A DNA stretch of 64,000 nucleotides from Nitrospinales bacterium (GTDB taxonomy: Bacteria; Nitrospinota_A; UBA7883; JACRGQ01), in the NCBI GenBank assembly GCA_023248495.1, contig JAHFEK010000002.1:26733-90732 (forward strand), in the 5' to 3' direction. The notes below the pieces were generated by a model. It was not told the origin of the DNA, did not search any database, and was given only the letters and a program-made list of their open reading frames with translations. The position numbers and the translations under genes were made by a program. Position 1 is the stretch's first letter; each line of letters opens with the position of its first letter. Shown here piece by piece: positions 62,573 through 64,000 of the stretch.

Positions 62573-62989
62573 TTATTTTTCGTGCTTGTAATAAACGCCG
62601 GCCTTGGCGTCTGCGTCAAGCCGTTTAATCAAGTAGCTGTTGGCATCAAGAATGACGATCCTTCTGGCCACGTAGTCGTTGCCGGTCAGATTCCATCCGT
62701 ACACCGCGACGAGATCGCCAGCCTTCAACTCGGTAAACTTTTTGAAGACGCCCCTGTCGCCGGTCATCACGTATGCATCGGGATGCAACTTCATCGTGTA
62801 CTTCTTGCTATCCTTTTCAAATTTGGTAGCAATCGTAAGCTCACGATTTCCCAATTTCTCTATCGTGCCAATCTGCAAATTGTCTTTGTTGGTGGAACCG
62901 TTGCCCATTTCGGCAACCGCGTTCTGGGCCATAAAGACCATCGAGACCAGAGCAAACACGAAAGCAAAACCCATTGACTTTATTTTCAT
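62573..62989 (-). CDS. small secreted protein of unknown function, first gene of the NosZ-like unit
   Basis: Signal peptide MKIKSMGFAFVFALVSMVFMAQNAVA. 18 nt upstream of the NosZ-like gene. No motif recognised. Confidence 0.55.
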   Translation of the reverse strand: MKIKSMGFAFVFALVSMVFMAQNAVAEMGNGSTNKDNLQIGTIEKLGNRELTIATKFEKDSKKYTMKLHPDAYVMTGDRGVFKKFTELKAGDLVAVYGWNLTGNDYVARRIVILDANSYLIKRLDADAKAGVYYKHEK

Positions 62990-63303
62990 CTGCTATCACC
63001 CCCCCTATATTCCAAAAAAGTTAAATTAGAAAACTTTTAAACCCTCACCTTTTAATCGACGAGACGCCCTTTCGGACCGTCTCGTACGACACTGGCAAAA
63101 TATACCACAAGTACCCGCACCCAAATCAAGAAAATAATTGAGCACTCCAATTCCCGGATAATATAGGTGTTTTTAAAATCCGAATCAACCCCAATTTGAT
63201 GACGCGGAGGCGGGCAATTACCGCTAAAAATCGGGACATTTTACCCAAATGGGTCATAGACGCGCCCCACGCGGAAAATGGCCGGTCAAATCGCGCCTCA
63301 CGC

Positions 63304-64000
63304 TTACGGTTTTGCCCCCATTTTACCCATCATATTCGCAATGGCCTTTCGTGACATGAGCCGCGACATAAACGTAAAAATGTTATTCACCGCGCCCGAT
63401 ATAACCGTCGGCTTGCAACGGCATTTAAGCGCTTTTAACGCGGTATCCACCAGATGTTCGGGCGTCTCCGTCATCAGCTTCGGGGTCGCCGCCGTGCCGC
63501 CGCCCGAGTGTTCATTGAACTTTGTCGAGGTGATTCCCGGGCACAGCCCCATCACATACACCCCGCGCGGCTTCTGCTCGAACCACAACGACTCGGAAAA
63601 AGAGGTGACAAACGCCTTGGTGGCGGAATACAGCCCGATGATCGGCATCGGCATGAAGGCAAGCGCCGAGGAGACGTTTATCAACGCGTCCCCCTCGGTG
63701 GCCGTCTTCAGATAGGCGTGGGAGAGCTTCACCACCGTCTCGCAATTGAGCGTTAACACCTCGACATGCCTCTTCAGGGGAATATCGGTGAACGGGCCCA
63801 TGGCGGCTATTCCCGCGTTGTTTATCAAAAGATCAAAATGCGCGGCTGAAATGGCCTGCATGATTGCATCCTGTCCGGCCGCGGTTGTGAGGTCGGCTGC
63901 GATATACGAATGGCCGCCGCCTATCTCGGCCATCAACCGTTGAAGATTTTCTTCATTCCGGGCAACGGCGGTGACCTCGTAACCTTCGGCGGCCAACCGC
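63304..64000 (-). CDS. short-chain dehydrogenase/reductase (SDR), N-terminus beyond window end
   Basis: LINNAGI, SSALAF and YSATKAF (YxxxK) motifs. The TGxxxGxG motif is missing because the ORF runs off the window. Confidence 0.8.
   Translation of the reverse strand, partial: RLAAEGYEVTAVARNEENLQRLMAEIGGGHSYIAADLTTAAGQDAIMQAISAAHFDLLINNAGIAAMGPFTDIPLKRHVEVLTLNCETVVKLSHAYLKTATEGDALINVSSALAFMPMPIIGLYSATKAFVTSFSESLWFEQKPRGVYVMGLCPGITSTKFNEHSGGGTAATPKLMTETPEHLVDTALKALKCRCKPTVISGAVNNIFTFMSRLMSRKAIANMMGKMGAKP

Noticed and set aside
63059-63085. 8-bp hairpin ACGAGACG-N11-CGTCTCGT between the SDR gene and the NosZ-like unit.
   Set aside because: It has no flanking U-run on either strand, and one isolated hairpin is not enough to assign a terminator or regulatory role.
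1-64000. Scan for tRNA/rRNA genes, CRISPR repeats, transposases/integrases, phage or defence genes.
   Set aside because: None recognised. The only dispersed repeats are the two 33-nt hairpin elements, and all large ORFs have metabolic, envelope or respiratory signatures.

Overview
Moderately GC-rich, densely coding bacterial window with Gram-negative-type envelope genes. It holds about 60 genes, most on the minus strand. I recognised no rRNA, tRNA, CRISPR array, transposase or integrase.

Blocks:
1. 1-8.4 kb: partial cytochrome b, a polytopic membrane protein, a PpiD-like chaperone, cpoB-pal, nrnA and a small cupredoxin.
2. 8.4-34.6 kb: one co-directional ~26-kb, 25-gene aryl-polyene/flexirubin-type lipid-pigment cluster. 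It encodes a MIO ammonia-lyase with a TAL-like switch, an adenylating enzyme, 4 KS plus 2 Cys-less KS-like partners, 2 ACP, a KR, a double-hotdog DH, a thioesterase and a CrtI-like flavoenzyme. It also has a LolA-like/lipoprotein/MMPL export set, a GT2 and acyltransferase/deacylase enzymes. Unusually, it carries three B12-binding radical-SAM genes.
3. rpsO-pnp with a clean terminator.
4. 38.1-44.2 kb: a four-gene operon in which a sigma-54 response regulator and a PAS histidine kinase bracket a corrinoid protein and a UroD-like/2Fe-2S/RACo-type triple fusion.
5. 44.7-50.9 kb: a CydA-like 'bd-like' oxidase subunit with five c-type cytochromes (8 CxxCH) and no cydB.
6. An ArsR-rhodanese regulator.
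7. 53.0-63.0 kb: a divergent, compact NosZ-like copper protein whose CuA motif is intact except Met at the first His ligand. It is followed by a Rieske-less split cytochrome b/c, two Vgb/lactonase-like 7-bladed propellers (one Tat-targeted with a His-rich tail) and a membrane/spermidine-synthase-like/TPR fusion. No nosRDFYL genes are present.

The best candidates for undescribed biology are the NosZ-like module, the corrinoid/two-component operon and the radical-SAM-decorated polyene cluster. All calls come from motif recognition by eye; no database search or computation was possible.
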